DNA from: Eledone cirrhosa
Lineage: Eukaryota
Reading direction: 5' to 3'
NCBI GenBank assembly: GCA_964016885.1
Contig: OZ024750.1
Location: 46,128,001-46,192,000 of the forward strand
Length of the DNA stretch: 64,000 bases
Shown: in pieces, positions 12,957 to 28,236 of the stretch
Layout: each line of letters starts with the position of its first letter
Position numbering within the stretch: position 1 is the stretch's first letter
Program-made: the position numbers and the translations under genes
The notes under the pieces: generated by a model
Seen by the model: the letters and a program-made list of their open reading frames with translations, nothing else
Database searches by the model: none
What the model was told of the DNA's origin: nothing

Positions 12957-13461
12957 TTAATTTGTATTTCTAAATATTTCAAATAATGTATAATATACAC
13001 ACGATTTACGTAAAGTACTTTTTTTCCCGTTTGTATACATAATCGTTCACAAATCTACGCACACACACACAAACTATCTCACACGTACATACACACATAC
13101 ACACATGGACACATGCATATACATACAAATGCACAGAATCAAACACACACATTATTTGCTTGTTTGCTTTCCTCCAAAGTCGTCAAGGTTTTCAATACAA
13201 ACCTCGTTTAAAAGCGTGTGGACGAGGGTCTTCTAACCTGCTTGATTTCAATTGGGTGGACAATGAACAATTGAACAGAACATGGTGGCCCATATAGGAC
13301 TTTGACTATTATGAAGACATTTCAACGTATACTACTCGAATACAATATTCAAAGGCCATATGCAAAGAACTTTTATAAAACTTGTATTAAACGAGGAGTC
13401 GAATCGAAAGTAGCTAGGCCATATTCCTAGATAACACACAAATAACAGCACAAACAATGAA

Positions 13462-13600
13462 GGCGCATGGCTTAGTGGTTAGAGCATTGGGCTTGCAGTC
13501 GAAATGTTGTGAGTTCAATTCTTGGACCGGGTTTTGTGTTGTTTCCTTGAGCAAGACACTTTATTTCACGTTGCTCCAGTTTACTCAGCTGTAGAAATGC
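13462..13600 (+). mobile_element. CORE-type tRNA SINE
   Basis: A box TGGCTTAGTGG, B box GAGTTCAATTC, CORE-like TCCTTGAGCAAGACACTT...CTCCAGTTTACTCAGCTGTAGAAATG. Confidence 0.75.
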
Positions 13601-14922
13601 GATGATAGCACTGGGGTCCCTATCATTAAATTACCCAAGACACCTCCAACGAGATATACCTTGGAGGAGTCCAGCTTCATAGGTGTGAGCTGTCACACAC
13701 ACACACACACAAAACAAACATTTTAAATATACTAGTTTGGGGAAGGGTCATTAACATTCAAATAGTTCTTCGGACAAAATAAACATTTGTTAATATAAAT
13801 CATATATGGGAAGGCCAAGAACATCTATGCCAGTCTCCGTAAAATTAAGAAGTAACCTCATGAGAAGCTTGTTAATGCCACAAACACCGTGAGATACACA
13901 TGAATTTAACAGAAGCAATGACCTGTAAGAAATCTGATGACATGCCGTAGACAAGGAGCGCAATATCAGACAAAATATGTGAATCCCAAAATGAAACCCA
14001 CGAGTCTCCCGTCTCCACACCACTGATATAATGAGCCATATATGTTAGCTAAGTGTGTAACAGTTACAGGCAGTGCACTGTCGAAGGACTCGATTCCGTT
14101 AAGAGGTCCATTTCGTTTGGGTTGAATTCCAGTGTCGCGGCTGTAGTGTGCAGTATATAAATAGATTTAAAAGAATCGAAGTCAGTGTTGCAGCATATGT
14201 ACAAACTTCATTTGCATATTCCAATTGTTTCGATATCGATCAACTCAAGATACAATCAAAGTAAGGGGGCCCGACTCTTTTTCGACATCTCATCAGATAT
14301 GCGAGCTTCAATATGCTATATGTAATAAACGCTAAACAAAAAATTTGTTTTTAGTTCCTTGCTTTACTAACCAGAAGAAGTTAGGATATAGATGCATAGA
14401 TCGACTGTTCATTCTCGGCGTCCCTTGGCTTCGCTAGGCTCTCCTTCACTTGAATTGGCGATATATAAAAATGGTTTGTGAATGGAAAAAAATTGATGTT
14501 TCCACTTTTTACATTAATTTCTCGTAATGCAAATATTATCCATTCATATTGTTTTTTAAGAATTAAATATATTGGTAACGGTTTATTATAGGTTTGCAAC
14601 CTGACTTTTTATAATGTTTATACATCTTATTGTCCGGAAAAGTATGTATCAGGAAATCTCCCTTTTCGAATATATGCTTTTAAATAGTTAATAAACAGCT
14701 GGGCGGTAGGAAATGTTTCCATGCGAAAATGGGCGACAATGTCAAAAAGATTAGGAAGTATTGGTATAGTCGTAAGCTGGTGTATTCCCATGAGTTGAAT
14801 CTCTTCAGGTTTGTCACATAGAAGTTTGGTTGGTCAGATTATAAGTCACATGTTATCGGTGACGTTTCCTTTTTTTTTTAGAACTATCAGCATTTGGTTC
14901 TGTTTAGAATTAATCACTTGGT

Positions 14923-15748
14923 TGGTCATAGTGTCAAAGACGTCTTTCTTTTGGCCAGTATATATAACTGGTTATAGTGTCAAAGGCGTCTTTCTTTTAG
15001 CCAGTATATATAACTGGTCATAGTGTCAAAGGCGTCTTTCTTTTAGCCAGTATATATAACTGGTCATAGTGTCAAAGACGTCTTTCTTTTAGCCAGTATA
15101 TATAACTGGTCATAGTGTCAAAGGCGTCTTTCTTTTAGCCAGTATATATAACTGGTCATAGTGTCAAAGACCTCTTTCTTTTAGCCAGTATATATAACTG
15201 GTCATAGTGTCAAAGACGTCTTTCTTTTGACCAGTATATATAACTGGTCATAGTGTCAAAGACGTCTTTCTTTTGACCAGTATATATAACTGGTCATAGT
15301 GTCAAAGACGTCTTTCTTTTGACCAGTATATATAACTGGTCATAGTGTCAAAGGCGTCTTTCTTTTAGCCAGTATATATAACTGGTCATAGTGTCAAAGA
15401 CGTCTTTCTTTTGACCAGTATATATAACTGGTCATAGTGTCAAAGGCGTCTTTCTTTTAGCCAGTATATATAACTGGTCATAGTGTCAAAGACGTCTTTC
15501 TTTTAGCCAGTATATATAACTGGTCATAGTGTCAAAGGCGTCTTTCTTTTAGCCAGTAAATATAACTGGTCATAGTGTCAAAGACGTCTTTCTTTTAGCC
15601 AGTATATATAACTGGTCATAGTGTCAAAGACGTCTTTCTTTTGACCAGTATATATAACTGGTCATAGTGTCACAGACGTCATTTTTTTTACCAGTATATA
15701 TAACTGGTCATAGTGTCAAAGACGTCTTTTCTTTTGACCAGTATATAT
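14923..15748. repeat. 46-bp minisatellite, ~18 copies
   Basis: Unit GTGTCAAAG(A/G)CGTCTTTCTTTT(AG/GA)CCAGTATATATAACTGGTCATA; starts at 14931, 14977 and onward. Confidence 0.97.
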
Positions 15749-16883
15749 GATGTTTTAGGTCCCACCGTTTATAAAGTATCTCTGAGTTGGTCAGCTTGGA
15801 ATTTAATCAAGAAGAACTATGGTGTATGTTAGCAAGTTAAAATGAGTTCAGATCTTTTGTTTAGAAGTTAGGTGAGCGGAGCGATTATATAGATGTTTCT
15901 CCGTAGATTTGATGACGCAGACAATGGGTACGCGTCTATCTGCCAGTGTAATATATTTGTTTATGCGATATTTGTGCTTATTCCTGCATTCTTTGAAGTC
16001 AAAATAATAGTCAGATATTGCTGTTTTTTACCAGATGGTGCTAATAAAATGTTTGCACTATATTGACGTAGGATTTGAAAATCAGTAAAAAGTCAAACAA
16101 AATGAATTGCACAAATTAGATAAGTCCCTTAACACTTTGGGTTCCTATAGCGCTGGGGTCTAATTTTTGATTTGGTCCTTGTGAAGAAGATAAACAAGTC
16201 AATTGTCAACATTTCCTACAGTTATCTTGCCATATATGCCTGAGCTTTTACTTATGCAGATGAGATATTTGAAGTACATCCTACGAGCTTATTCGATAAA
16301 GTAACGTGTAAATGACTGGGTATGGCACATGTACATAGATAAGTATTTCTAAGAGAGTTTCAAGATGGTACAGCGTATTACAGAGTGGCACTTTGAATTG
16401 CAGGTACAGTTCATCCGACAATCTTCAAAACAGATTTGTCTAACCAGTTATATTCACAAAGCTTGGGTCAAGGCACGGCTTTATGAAGAACACTTGCTAA
16501 TGGTACCATACACTAGTTTCATAGCTTGTACGGCGTGATTAGACAGCAAACTTCTGATCGATTCGGCGTTGAAACATTAATTAATGTCGCATTTTGTCGA
16601 CAAATAATATTGCTGTAAAAATATGACACATGTATATTTACTCAGACCGAAGTCCTCATAACGATAATCAATTTTATTGAACAAAAATTTAAAAAATAAA
16701 TATAAGATTTAACTCAGATCGATCGTATATAATTTGAACTCTGAAACACAGTTTCAGAAAACTAGCTCCAGTATTTCGTTAAACCTGCCTCTACAATACT
16801 CTGTCTGTTTCTCAGTACATCAAAACAGTTTATATAATATTAATACTGAGGAATAGAATACAATAAATATCTAAAACTGTCAG

Positions 16884-16939
<56 letters not shown>

Positions 16940-16994
16940 GTGTGTGTGTGTGTTTGTGTGTGTATATATATGTATATATATGTGTATGTGTGTT

Positions 16995-17028
<34 letters not shown>

Positions 17029-17945
17029 CAACTGACTAAATTCATACACACACATATACACATATGCCTACATACACATTCACACACGCGTTCAGCGTTC
17101 ATATACTGTATATATTGTTTAAGAAAGAAAGCAAAGAATGGTATTATTGATCAGTAGCACTGCATGAGATAATGTAAGGTGTCACTTATGAGATATTTAA
17201 CGTAGCAGATAATATGAATATAAATTATTGACAAAAACGTTTTAAAAAATAATATGTACACATACATATATACACATTTATATACACACTGTAAAAATAA
17301 ATAAATCTGTAGAGACTTCGACCTTCAAACATTTTATACATTCCCACTCTAAACTAAAAATCAGGACAGAAACAATTTCCAATACAAAGATAATTTATCG
17401 ATTTCGTTTTTATTATATTTAATAATAAAGAAATAATAAAAAAAATATAATGGTGACAACGAAATATTTCATATTTTTTTTTGATTATTTAAATCTTGAG
17501 GAAATAAAAATTGAAAAATATAAATATATAATGGACAGCTAGAAATATAAATAAAAATGAAGAAATACAAGGAAAGATAATTATTTTATACCCCTGAGTC
17601 TAAATTGAAAATATTCAAGATTAAAATATTTTTAATATTGTAAGCGAAGAATAGCATTTAGATTGGGGACGTTCTTCTCCCACTTGGGGAGATAATAAAG
17701 TGTTGCATTTAGTGGGTAAGGTGAGAAAATTGCTTGAGTAAAATCGGCTGTGTAAAAACGACTGAATATTTTTGTTCCTGGAAGCACGTGCGTCTGTATG
17801 TATGTCTACATGTGTATGTGTTTAGATATGCCTTCTTACATGTGTATGTGTGTATGTGTGTAGATATGATGTGTTACATGTGTGTATACATATATGTTAT
17901 GTGTATAATGCGTATATATGGTATCTGGAAGCTTTTGTTTTCATG

Positions 17946-17981
<36 letters not shown>

Positions 17982-17993
17982 TGTGTGTGTGTG

Positions 17994-18035
<42 letters not shown>

Positions 18036-18250
18036 CTATACTGTAACTTTAAAACTGATTTAATATCGAATTTGTGATATTGTGATTTGTCCCTTTAGAG
18101 AAATAAATCTTATTTATTTATCAAACATAACATGTGTATGCATGTATGTTTGCATGCATATATGTCTATGTGTACGCTTATATGTGTAGGTGTATTTATT
18201 TATGTATTTATACATATACATGTATATATGTGTGTGTGTGTATTTATTCA

Positions 18251-18394
<144 letters not shown>

Positions 18395-18913
18395 CATATA
18401 TAACTATTAATAAATTGAATGCAGACACTATTCGGCGCCTGTGGAAACGACTGGACTTTATATATGATTCATATTACACCAGCATTCTTCGTACAAACCA
18501 TATCACAGTTAGAATTGAATTATCATATCTCTGAGAATAAAATTCAGTTCGACTCAGTGCAATGAAAATGGACCTCTGTCGGTATCGATGATGAGTGTTC
18601 CATATGTTCAAATCTTGGAACAGCCTGCCTGTAACATTAGGAAGCATTTACTTTAAGATTGTACCCCAAATATAGATCCTAGAGAAATTCACAGTAACAA
18701 TATAGAATTAAATTCCATTACCAATATTATTACTTTATTTCATAGTAACATTTTCTAAATATTTCAGTTAGAAAATTCAATTTCTAGCGACACAGCTACA
18801 CTATCATATTTATATACAATGATGATTTTCTTCGAATGAAACAGTTCTAGTCCTGTAGAAGCCATTGTTATATTAAATATTTATACTTACTGTGGTTAGC
18901 CCCGATTGAACCC

Positions 18914-18963
<50 letters not shown>

Positions 18964-18990
18964 TATATAAAGATATATATATATATATAT

Positions 18991-19149
18991 AGGAAAATGT
19001 TTAACCCCGACAGCAGAGCTCAAGCCGTTTTGACGGCTATTTCTGCCGTCGGGGTAAAATATTTTCCTATTACCCACTCTACTACACTAAGTATTGAGTA
19101 CTCTGGTGCGTTATGGTCCATCTGGTTCCTTACCACACCTCTTTCGTTT

Positions 19150-19150
<1 letters not shown>
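18991..19150 (+). mobile_element. Short (TA)n-embedded PLE-type tail element, copy A, with partial fold-back
   Basis: Shares ACCCACTCTACTAC.CTAAGTATTGAGTAC...GGTGCGTTATGGTCCA.CTGGTTCCTTACCACA with copies at 29.9, 30.5 and 57.4 kb. Confidence 0.7.
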
Positions 19151-19180
<30 letters not shown>

Positions 19181-19228
19181 GAATGAATACACACATATAT
19201 ACATATATATATATATAAAGTAGAAACA

Positions 19229-19259
<31 letters not shown>

Positions 19260-19260
19260 C

Positions 19261-19449
19261 TAATTGTTTCTGTTTTTGGCACAAGGCCAGCAATTAACCA
19301 GTGTATTACTGGTACTTTATTTTATCGACCCCCGTAAGGATGAAAGGCAAAGTTAGCCTCGGCGGGATTTGAACACAGTCCGTGAAGGGACGTAACTATG
19401 CTGCAAAGCATGGCGTCCGACCCTCTACCGATACTTCCAATTCACCACC
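19261..19449 (-). mobile_element. tRNA-derived SINE (main family)
   Basis: Full-length match to the family consensus. Confidence 0.92.
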
Positions 19450-19865
19450 TTTGGTGAGATAGAATTTGGTTACTGGTAATTTGAACAACACAAAAACGAT
19501 GTGACATGTTTTATTTAAAAACCCACTTTTCTTCCCTTGATTTTCTTATTGGAAAAGGGAGGGCATTTTTCCTGTTTTCCATAATTGGTACTTTGCCTCA
19601 AGAACTTTGCTGCTCATTGTACATCAGAATAGTATATTCTAAACATCTAATAGCTAAGGTGGTCCACCAGATTGAATAGGGGTCAAAGTGGTCCATACGC
19701 TAAACAGGTTTGAGAACCATGGCCCTAAAAGAGCATTATATCAGCTCCATATAGTACCCCACAAGTTTTGAGATCCACATGGGTACTCACATATTCATTC
19801 AGACTAAACATACGCACTATCCTTCTCGCTCTCTCACTCTGTCTCTCTCTACACACACACGCACA

Positions 19866-19900
<35 letters not shown>

Positions 19901-19988
19901 GTATATATATATATGTATTCATATATATATATATAGATGTATAGTTATATACATATAGATACATATATATATTCATATTATAAATATA

Positions 19989-20914
19989 CTAGCAGTGGTA
20001 TCCGGCGTTGTACGGGATAAGGTATTTTAGAACGCGGGCCGCCAACAGACCTAATCGTGGAAAAACTGCATGTCTGGACAATATGTAAAGAAAATAAACC
20101 GAGTACTCTGATGGCTGGGTAATCTTTTCTTTAATATTTTCCTCGATGAAGAGGAAAAATGCAGGTTTTCACCTAATGCAGACCCTAGGAGATCAAGAAA
20201 ATGAATTTTTTTATGTGCATAATATGCCTTGAAATTTAGGGAAAATGGGCTAGTCGTAACGCCTCAAAAAAGACCTAAAAAGCTGACAAAATGAAGTTTT
20301 TCACCTAATGTGGGCCCTAGACCATAACAAAGTTGGATTTTCTTTGCTCGCGGTATGAAGAAGAGACTGACTAATACATAGTTACAATTTCAAGGAAATC
20401 AGTCTGACGTAACGCCTCAAAAACACCTAAAATCATGAAAAAACGCAGTTTTTCACCTAATGCGGGACCTAGGACATCAAAAAGTTGAATTTTTTATGTG
20501 CATAACACTCCCTTAAACATAAGTAATACACATGTAAAGTTCGGAAAAAGTCGGTTGCGTACTTATCGAGGTTTAGGGATTCAAACTCACAGACACACAC
20601 ACACAGACAGACATCCTCAGGGAAGTGACGTAATGCAGATATTACATACAAACAGATATTATAAGGGAACCACGTTATATGTATGTATCTATCTAAAAAG
20701 CGAAAGACTAAGAATTATAGAGAGAGATTGCTAAATCGCCTAATGCGGTCCCTAGGGCATTGAAAATTTCAAAAAGATTTTTGTTCCGAACACTCCTTGA
20801 ACCATAAGTATTACATGTGTAAAGTTTGAAAACAGTCGGTTGGGTGCTTCTCGAGTTTTAGCGATTCAAACTGACACACACACAGACATATATCCTCAGT
20901 TTTATATATACAGA
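19989..20914 (-). mobile_element. Non-autonomous Helitron
   Basis: Minus strand begins A|TCTGTATATATAAAA and ends ...TCCCGTACAACGCCGGATACCACTG-CTAG|T (5' TC, 3' CTAG, imperfect subterminal hairpin, A|T target, no TSD); internal ~140-150 bp repeats (CACCTAATG). Confidence 0.8.
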
Positions 20915-21283
20915 TAAGTTTGTGTGTACTTATGTGTGCATGTGTATACCTATTTCATGCGCATGTGCTTGGGTGTAAATACTTTTGTAAGTAAAGGAGG
21001 ACAAACTTTAAATAATGTCCACCATACAATAAATCTAGTTCGTTAAAATTAATACTAACGTGAATTCTTGAATACGTATAATTCACTAAAAGCCATGACG
21101 ATTAGACACCAGCATTGCTGTAGTAAAATGATCAAACCCAGTAAAGAAATGGAAGATACATACATACAACCCTTTCTGTCTCTCTCTATCCCTCCCTCAC
21201 ACAGAGGCACACATACAGAGGCACACACGGACATGGCTGACAGAATACACACGTGCTTTTTCTAAAAAAAAATGTTTTCTATT

Positions 21284-21358
<75 letters not shown>

Positions 21359-21392
21359 CTCTCTCACTCTCTCTCTTTATATATATATATAA

Positions 21393-22061
21393 TTATCTTA
21401 CTCCACTACCCCAAACTTGGCCTACCACCTAGCACACACTAATAATAGGAAAATTGGAGTAGAGGTCGACACAATCAAATCTGTAAATGACCACCCACAA
21501 CCTAACACATTGGTAAATGAGGTGGCTGAGTTTGGTAGCAACACCTCGGAACAACATATACCATATCGGGAAGATTTTACCAACCGGCCCTCCCAGGACA
21601 CGAACAGCAACACACACCGAAATTGTAATTGTAGACGGAGTGAAAATTGCCCTTTGAAGGGCAATTGCTTCAAGAGTAACATAGTTTATGCATGTGATGT
21701 TGTAACGGCAACCTCGACCAAAACATATGTAGGCTCTACTTCTACCTCATTTAAGACTAGATACAACTCCCACAAATATACATTTATAAACAATAGGCTC
21801 AAGAATGCCACCTCCCTAGCTAAATATATTCACTTTTAAAAAAATGATAGTATCGATTATACCCTTAATTGGAGATTGGTGACTAAATCTACATCTACTG
21901 CCCCCCACCCCACCCCGAGCAAAACTTGTAACCTGTGCTTTCTAGAGTATCACGCCATAATATACTTTAGATGTAACCTGCTCAATAGGAAATCAGAGAT
22001 ATTTTCTTCTTGTATACACATGAATCTTAATTTCTTTTACCACTTTAAGCCAATTACTTAG
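21393..22061 (+). pseudogene. Penelope-like element GIY-YIG endonuclease fragment (5'-truncated, one in-frame TAA at 21837-21839)
   Basis: LSYSTTPN...CNCRRSENCPLKGNC..NIVY...TYVGSTSTSFKTRYNSH...TSLAKYI..*..W...CNLCFLE...LLNRKSE..SCIH; ORFs 21417-21839 and 21876-22061 are in the same frame. Confidence 0.9.
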
Positions 22062-24419
22062 ATCTGCCGAGGATTCACTCCACCTACTCAGCACCCTGTA
22101 GTACTTTCTTAACTTTCCGCCTCATTATTCCTATTTCCTTAACCAACTATCTTCCCCTCCTGTGGACATCCCTCGGTATGTAAGTTTTTATGACGCTGGG
22201 GCCTTCTGTTCCATTGCATTTGCATGTTGCCTGATAATCGGTTGGTCTCCGGTGGCCTGGCCCTCGGTGCGAATGTCTATATTCCCAGGTGTGACCACCA
22301 TGTGACCACCATGTGACCTTCATTTCGTGGCTTCCCTATAGCCACCAGCCACCCTGGTTGGGTAATAACACAACCTATCATCCCCAACTCGAGAGTTACT
22401 GGTGTGTGTGAGTGTACGCCTTGCTCCAAGTTTGGGCTAAGGATTCATATTTTTTATCTCGTTGAGTTTTTGGTCCTTGTTCGTTGGCGTAACGTCCTAA
22501 GTATTATCCCCCATTGATGGCGAATGATACTGTATCATATATGGCAGCCCATTGCCATTACGAGGAAGATAATTCAATTACTCGCTCCATTGGCTTAGTT
22601 CCACAGACCCATTTGGGCGTATCTAGTTCTATTGTTTGGCCCTCCCTATTACAGGACATGAGTACACTGCCCGCTCCCCATACTTGGTATTACATGCGGC
22701 TCGTACCGGGGTTGGGGACACCGTGCTTGCACCTTAGGATTATTACAGTTCCCTTTACCGTAGAACCTATTTGTTATACTATCTGTTTGAACCCGACCCA
22801 TTTGAACACTCCCCCATATTAGAATTAGTAAAGCTATCCTTGGGCTTATTGACATATCATAAGGTAACAGCGATTCAATAGTCTTTAGTATGACACACTT
22901 GAAAATTACGGAGGTCCAATAATAATTAATAATAATATAGTTTTTATTTGTACAAATCTTGTTGAATTAGTATGATATTTCTGTTAGTGATTAAATCTTT
23001 GGTGGTGGTTCGAATTAAATAGCCTTATAGTTGACACGTTAGAGTAGTCCCCCCTTTCTTTACCACTGTAACGTCATTAGTTGGTGACTGAAAGGAGCAA
23101 CACCCCGTATGTAACTTCTACGTCATGGATTGATGTGTATATACCCATAGCAGTGAAGAACGAAGTAGCGTGTGTTTACCTTCTACGTCATGGATTGACG
23201 TGTATATACCCATAGCGTAGAAAAACGAAGTAACCTGTGTTTACTTTTTATGGAGCCGAATTCCTAAATTTCTGCAGGGTATGTAAGCTGTCTTAGATAA
23301 TTTTTGTATGCCTGTTTGGGTATGACCCCACCTAATAAACATATTGGTGTACCTGGTGGATTTACTGATTTGAGCACTTTGTGTTATTTTCTATTTTGTA
23401 TAGATTGTTAATCCACGTGCTGTATGCGCTTGGTCAACGGTGAATTACTACTACACTTAACCTGGCATTGTTTTGATGTGTTCGCGGCTGGATTAGGTGT
23501 GACGAAGTTGGTTGTACAGAATCTGGAGCTGTAACTTGGACATATTGTACTTCACGATCTGGGATTTTGAACATGTGGGGATTTTTTTTAATGTTTATAT
23601 TCAGCCTGTATTGCATGTAACTATATGTGATGTTATGTTTTGGTAATCGGATAAATCGGATGGATTACACTTTACGGATGATCTACATATGTTGTAAACT
23701 CTGGACCGAATTACTATCTACGGTTAATCCACTATCTTTATAACTCCTAGACAATCGGGGCATAGGAAACCGATTGGACTAACCTCTACGGTAGATACAC
23801 ATATGTAGTGACTCATCGCCAGATGTGTGTTTTTTCAGGAACTAAACTATTTTTGTTATGTATTTTTGCTTTAGCTTGATCATGCAATAACCCCGCTTTG
23901 CTTGTGTTTAGCTTGTATTGATGTGGTGCCTGTCTATATACAGGTTTAGCACCCATGGTCCACGAAATTCCGTAACCTACTTGTATACCTTGATTATGTA
24001 TACTATGGGGAGGAATAAAATCTCATTTGGGCTTTCTGGGGGTACCTTGGGAGCCTTTTAGTATTTCTATAACTCTAAAGTGACCAACGCATAGCTTCCT
24101 CTCTTTTTTGTGAGCTTTAAATTTTATTTTTTATTTTTTTATCTCTTTATATTATTATTTTCCTTTTACTTTATTATTATATGTTTTAACGATTGTTTAT
24201 ACTTTTTGCTTTTGTGTGCCCTCACGTGCTTCTGCATCTTGTGAAAATATCTGCCTGTACCATTGCATTTAGCTGTAGAGTTGAATAACAACCCCACTAT
24301 GCACTCTCTCCATACTCGCCATCTCCGATCTCCCCCTTGTTGCCCTCTATTGTATTTCTAATGTTCATGTGACTAAGCTCGGTAGAGCTTATACTCAGCA
24401 GTGTATTTTTGTTTATAAA

Positions 24420-24464
24420 GCCCTGATGATTCCTGCCCAATGGTATGGATGAAACATTGTCAGC
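24420..24464 (+). ncRNA. Minimal hammerhead ribozyme at the PLE 3' end
   Basis: GCC-CTGATGA-T-TCC-TGCC-caat-GGTA-t-GGA-T-GAAA-C-att-G-TC-AGC; stem I has one mismatch. Confidence 0.65.
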
Positions 24465-24510
24465 AAATAAATATTGTATGAGTATGTAGGCGTTCTTTGA
24501 TTTCTTTTAC

Positions 24511-24597
<87 letters not shown>

Positions 24598-24730
24598 TTC
24601 TGTTTCATCATTTATGTATCATTCTATCTTCCGATGAAGAACAAGTGTCCTAAACGCAAAGACTCTCTTCCTACAATATGAAGCATTAGACTAATATATT
24701 CCTGCATTTGACTGTTTTGATACTTCCATT

Positions 24731-24775
<45 letters not shown>

Positions 24776-24874
24776 GTCTAATGACTAATGCACACATGCT
24801 TACGTGCATGCATACATATATATCTACATATATACATACAGTCAGGCACACATTTATTTCTATAATGCCTTCGC

Positions 24875-25180
24875 TATAATGCCTTCGCTTCATGAGCATC
24901 ACGGACGTGGCTTTTTAGTCCTACTAGGGACATGCCTATAGCCGGCAATACCATGCATCGCAAACAATTTCACATATCAGGTGAAGCTTGTGCTTGTAGC
25001 TTTTTAAGTGATGAAAAGCTTTATACGGGGCCAATTCCACTCTCTGAACATCGAATGCATTTACCCAAAAAGGAAGAGAGGTCTACAAAATCGGATGCAA
25101 ACGGAGTCGCAGGTTTTATATCAGAGTGACTTTCTCCTATAGAAATATCTTAATGAAGACTAGGAGTCTCTCGCTCTACG
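24875..25180 (-). mobile_element. Old diverged copy of the non-autonomous RTE-like element
   Basis: Patchy similarity to 28973-29580 (CTTTTTAGTCC, CCACTCTCT, GCAGGT.TTATATCAGAGT). Confidence 0.55.
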
Positions 25181-25271
25181 GTAGATGCACTAACTGCATT
25201 ATCTGTATAATATATATAAATATGTATATATATATATATATATAAATGTATATATATAAATACATATATCA

Positions 25272-25461
25272 ATAATTGTTTCTACTTTAGGCACAAGGCC
25301 AGCAATTACCCACTGCATTACTGGTACTTTATTTTATCGACCCCGTAAGGATGAAAGGCAAAGTCAACCTCGGCAGGATTTGAACTCAGATCGTAAAGGG
25401 ACGTAACTATGCTGGAAAGCAAGGCGTCCGACTCTCTACCGATACTGCCAATCCACCACCA
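25272..25461 (-). mobile_element. tRNA-derived SINE (main family)
   Basis: Full-length match to the family consensus. Confidence 0.92.
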
Positions 25462-25670
25462 CTAAATATATATATCAATAATGATTGCATTATTTATAAA
25501 TATATATAAATATGTACATACATTCACACATAGATACATGCATACACACGTATATTCATACATACATGCATACAACCTTATATACATACATAAATACATA
25601 CCTAGATGCATGCATTCATACATACATATATACATACATTCATTCATGCATGCATGCATACATACATACA

Positions 25671-25979
25671 TGGTGGCTGCCAACTCATTTTCGAGTACGG
25701 CCACTACTTTATATTCATGTAGGAGAACCCCTACCGATGCGCTTAACGAGTGTGACTTTTTAGTCCAGCCAGCGACTTGAAAACTCTGGTACAAACACTA
25801 CACTTGTGACAATTAATTGACACATAGTGCTGGGCCCGTGGTATCATGTGACGACAAGTGCGGAGAGATCTCCAGATATAAAGCAATGCCTGTGCCGTGA
25901 AGCTTTTATAGTGAGCAAAGGCACTCCACAAAGCCAGTCCCACTCTCTTAACCAAGATGATATTTACCAAAAAGAAGAA
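25671..25979 (-). mobile_element. 5'-truncated RTE-like element
   Basis: Close match to 28973-29280; encodes [19 protein letters not shown], resembling the C-terminal zinc-finger-like end of RTE ORFs; (ATGT)n tail. Confidence 0.7.
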
Positions 25980-26516
25980 TATGCATACATACATACATAC
26001 ATACATATATACATACATACATACATGCATACATACTTATATACATACATAAATACATACCTAGATGCATGCATCCATACATACATTTATACATACATTC
26101 ATGCATACATAGATACATAGATACATACATGCATACACACACACATACATACATACATACATACATACATACATACATACATACATACATACATACATAC
26201 ATACATACATACATACATACATACATACATACATACCTGCATAGATCCATAAAAATACATTCTTAAAACATACTTAGACACATTTTGGAGAAATATTTGA
26301 CGTTGCGTTACATAAGAATTGATGCATGAAATTTTAGCATTTTTTTCATATATATGAAAATAATTTAAAATATATGGTATTTCTGTTTTGAGGAATTTTG
26401 TTATTTTTAATGTTTTTTCCTCCTTTTTTGTCAGTTTTCATATAATTTAGAGCAACCTGTATGTACCGTAATTTCATCAGATTCCTGCAATTAATTATCT
26501 TTGGACACATCACGAA

Positions 26517-26560
<44 letters not shown>

Positions 26561-26579
26561 TAATAATAATAATAAGATA

Positions 26580-26633
<54 letters not shown>

Positions 26634-26953
26634 GGGAGGAAGAGAAGAAGAAGAAGAAGAAGAAGAAGAAGAAGAAGAAGAAGAAGAAGAAGAAGAAGAA
26701 TGCAAGGGAGAAAAAGTAAAAACAAGCCCTCCATTTGAGATACATCCGTAACAATGGACAGAAAGGAAGTGTTAAGAGATAAATGGTTTAACAAAGAAAT
26801 TAAATTAAAACTACAATAACAATAAAAACACCCTTTTCAATGATGAGAGTGGCTCATATAATATGGGTGTCTGTTTCGTACATATATATATATATACGTA
26901 AATATATATATATATATATATACATATACCTACATATATATATATATAGATAT

Positions 26954-27012
<59 letters not shown>

Positions 27013-27013
27013 C

Positions 27014-27063
<50 letters not shown>

Positions 27064-27064
27064 T

Positions 27065-27095
<31 letters not shown>

Positions 27096-27193
27096 GTAGG
27101 TATATCTATATATATATCTCTATATATATCTCTCTCTATATATATATATATATGTATGTATATCTATATATATCTCTCTCTCTCTCTCTCTCA

Positions 27194-27266
<73 letters not shown>

Positions 27267-27273
27267 GTATATA

Positions 27274-27324
<51 letters not shown>

Positions 27325-27339
27325 GTATATATATGTATA

Positions 27340-27544
<205 letters not shown>

Positions 27545-27953
27545 GTATGTATATGTATGTATATACATATGTATACTTATACTTAGTAAGCCTATATGTA
27601 TCAGTAAAAATGTACATTTCCTTATATATATGTGGATATCTAAGTGAATACGTTTACAAATGTGTATATTTGTATGACAGAAAGCACCAAATACACAGTT
27701 GAATTTATAAGATATATATATATATATATGTGTTTGTGTGTATATAAATATGTACATATATATATACACACACACGTATATATATATATATATATATATA
27801 TATACAAATTCATACAAACACACACACATAAAAGCTATATATATATACACAGAAATACACAAGCATGAACTCTATATATACTTACATACAAATAGAAACA
27901 CATATACACGCATCAATCTATATATCTATCTTATAGATATATTGTCTATGAGA

Positions 27954-28007
<54 letters not shown>

Positions 28008-28070
28008 GTACATATTCATATATATACATATTTATATATACGTATGTACATATTTATATATATATAAATA

Positions 28071-28131
<61 letters not shown>

Positions 28132-28185
28132 CATATTTATATATATATATAATATATATACATATATATATATACATATACAGAT

Positions 28186-28236
<51 letters not shown>

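Larger units (their letters stand above)
21391..24510 (+). mobile_element. Penelope-like retroelement copy with ~2.4-kb 3' region
   Basis: Continuous non-microsatellite block bounded by (TA)n on both sides; GIY-YIG at the 5' side, hammerhead plus AATAAA at the 3' end. Confidence 0.72.

Noticed and set aside
14270-14300. CTGATGA...GAAA on the - strand
   Set aside because: Stem II is only 2 bp, and stems I and III do not pair.
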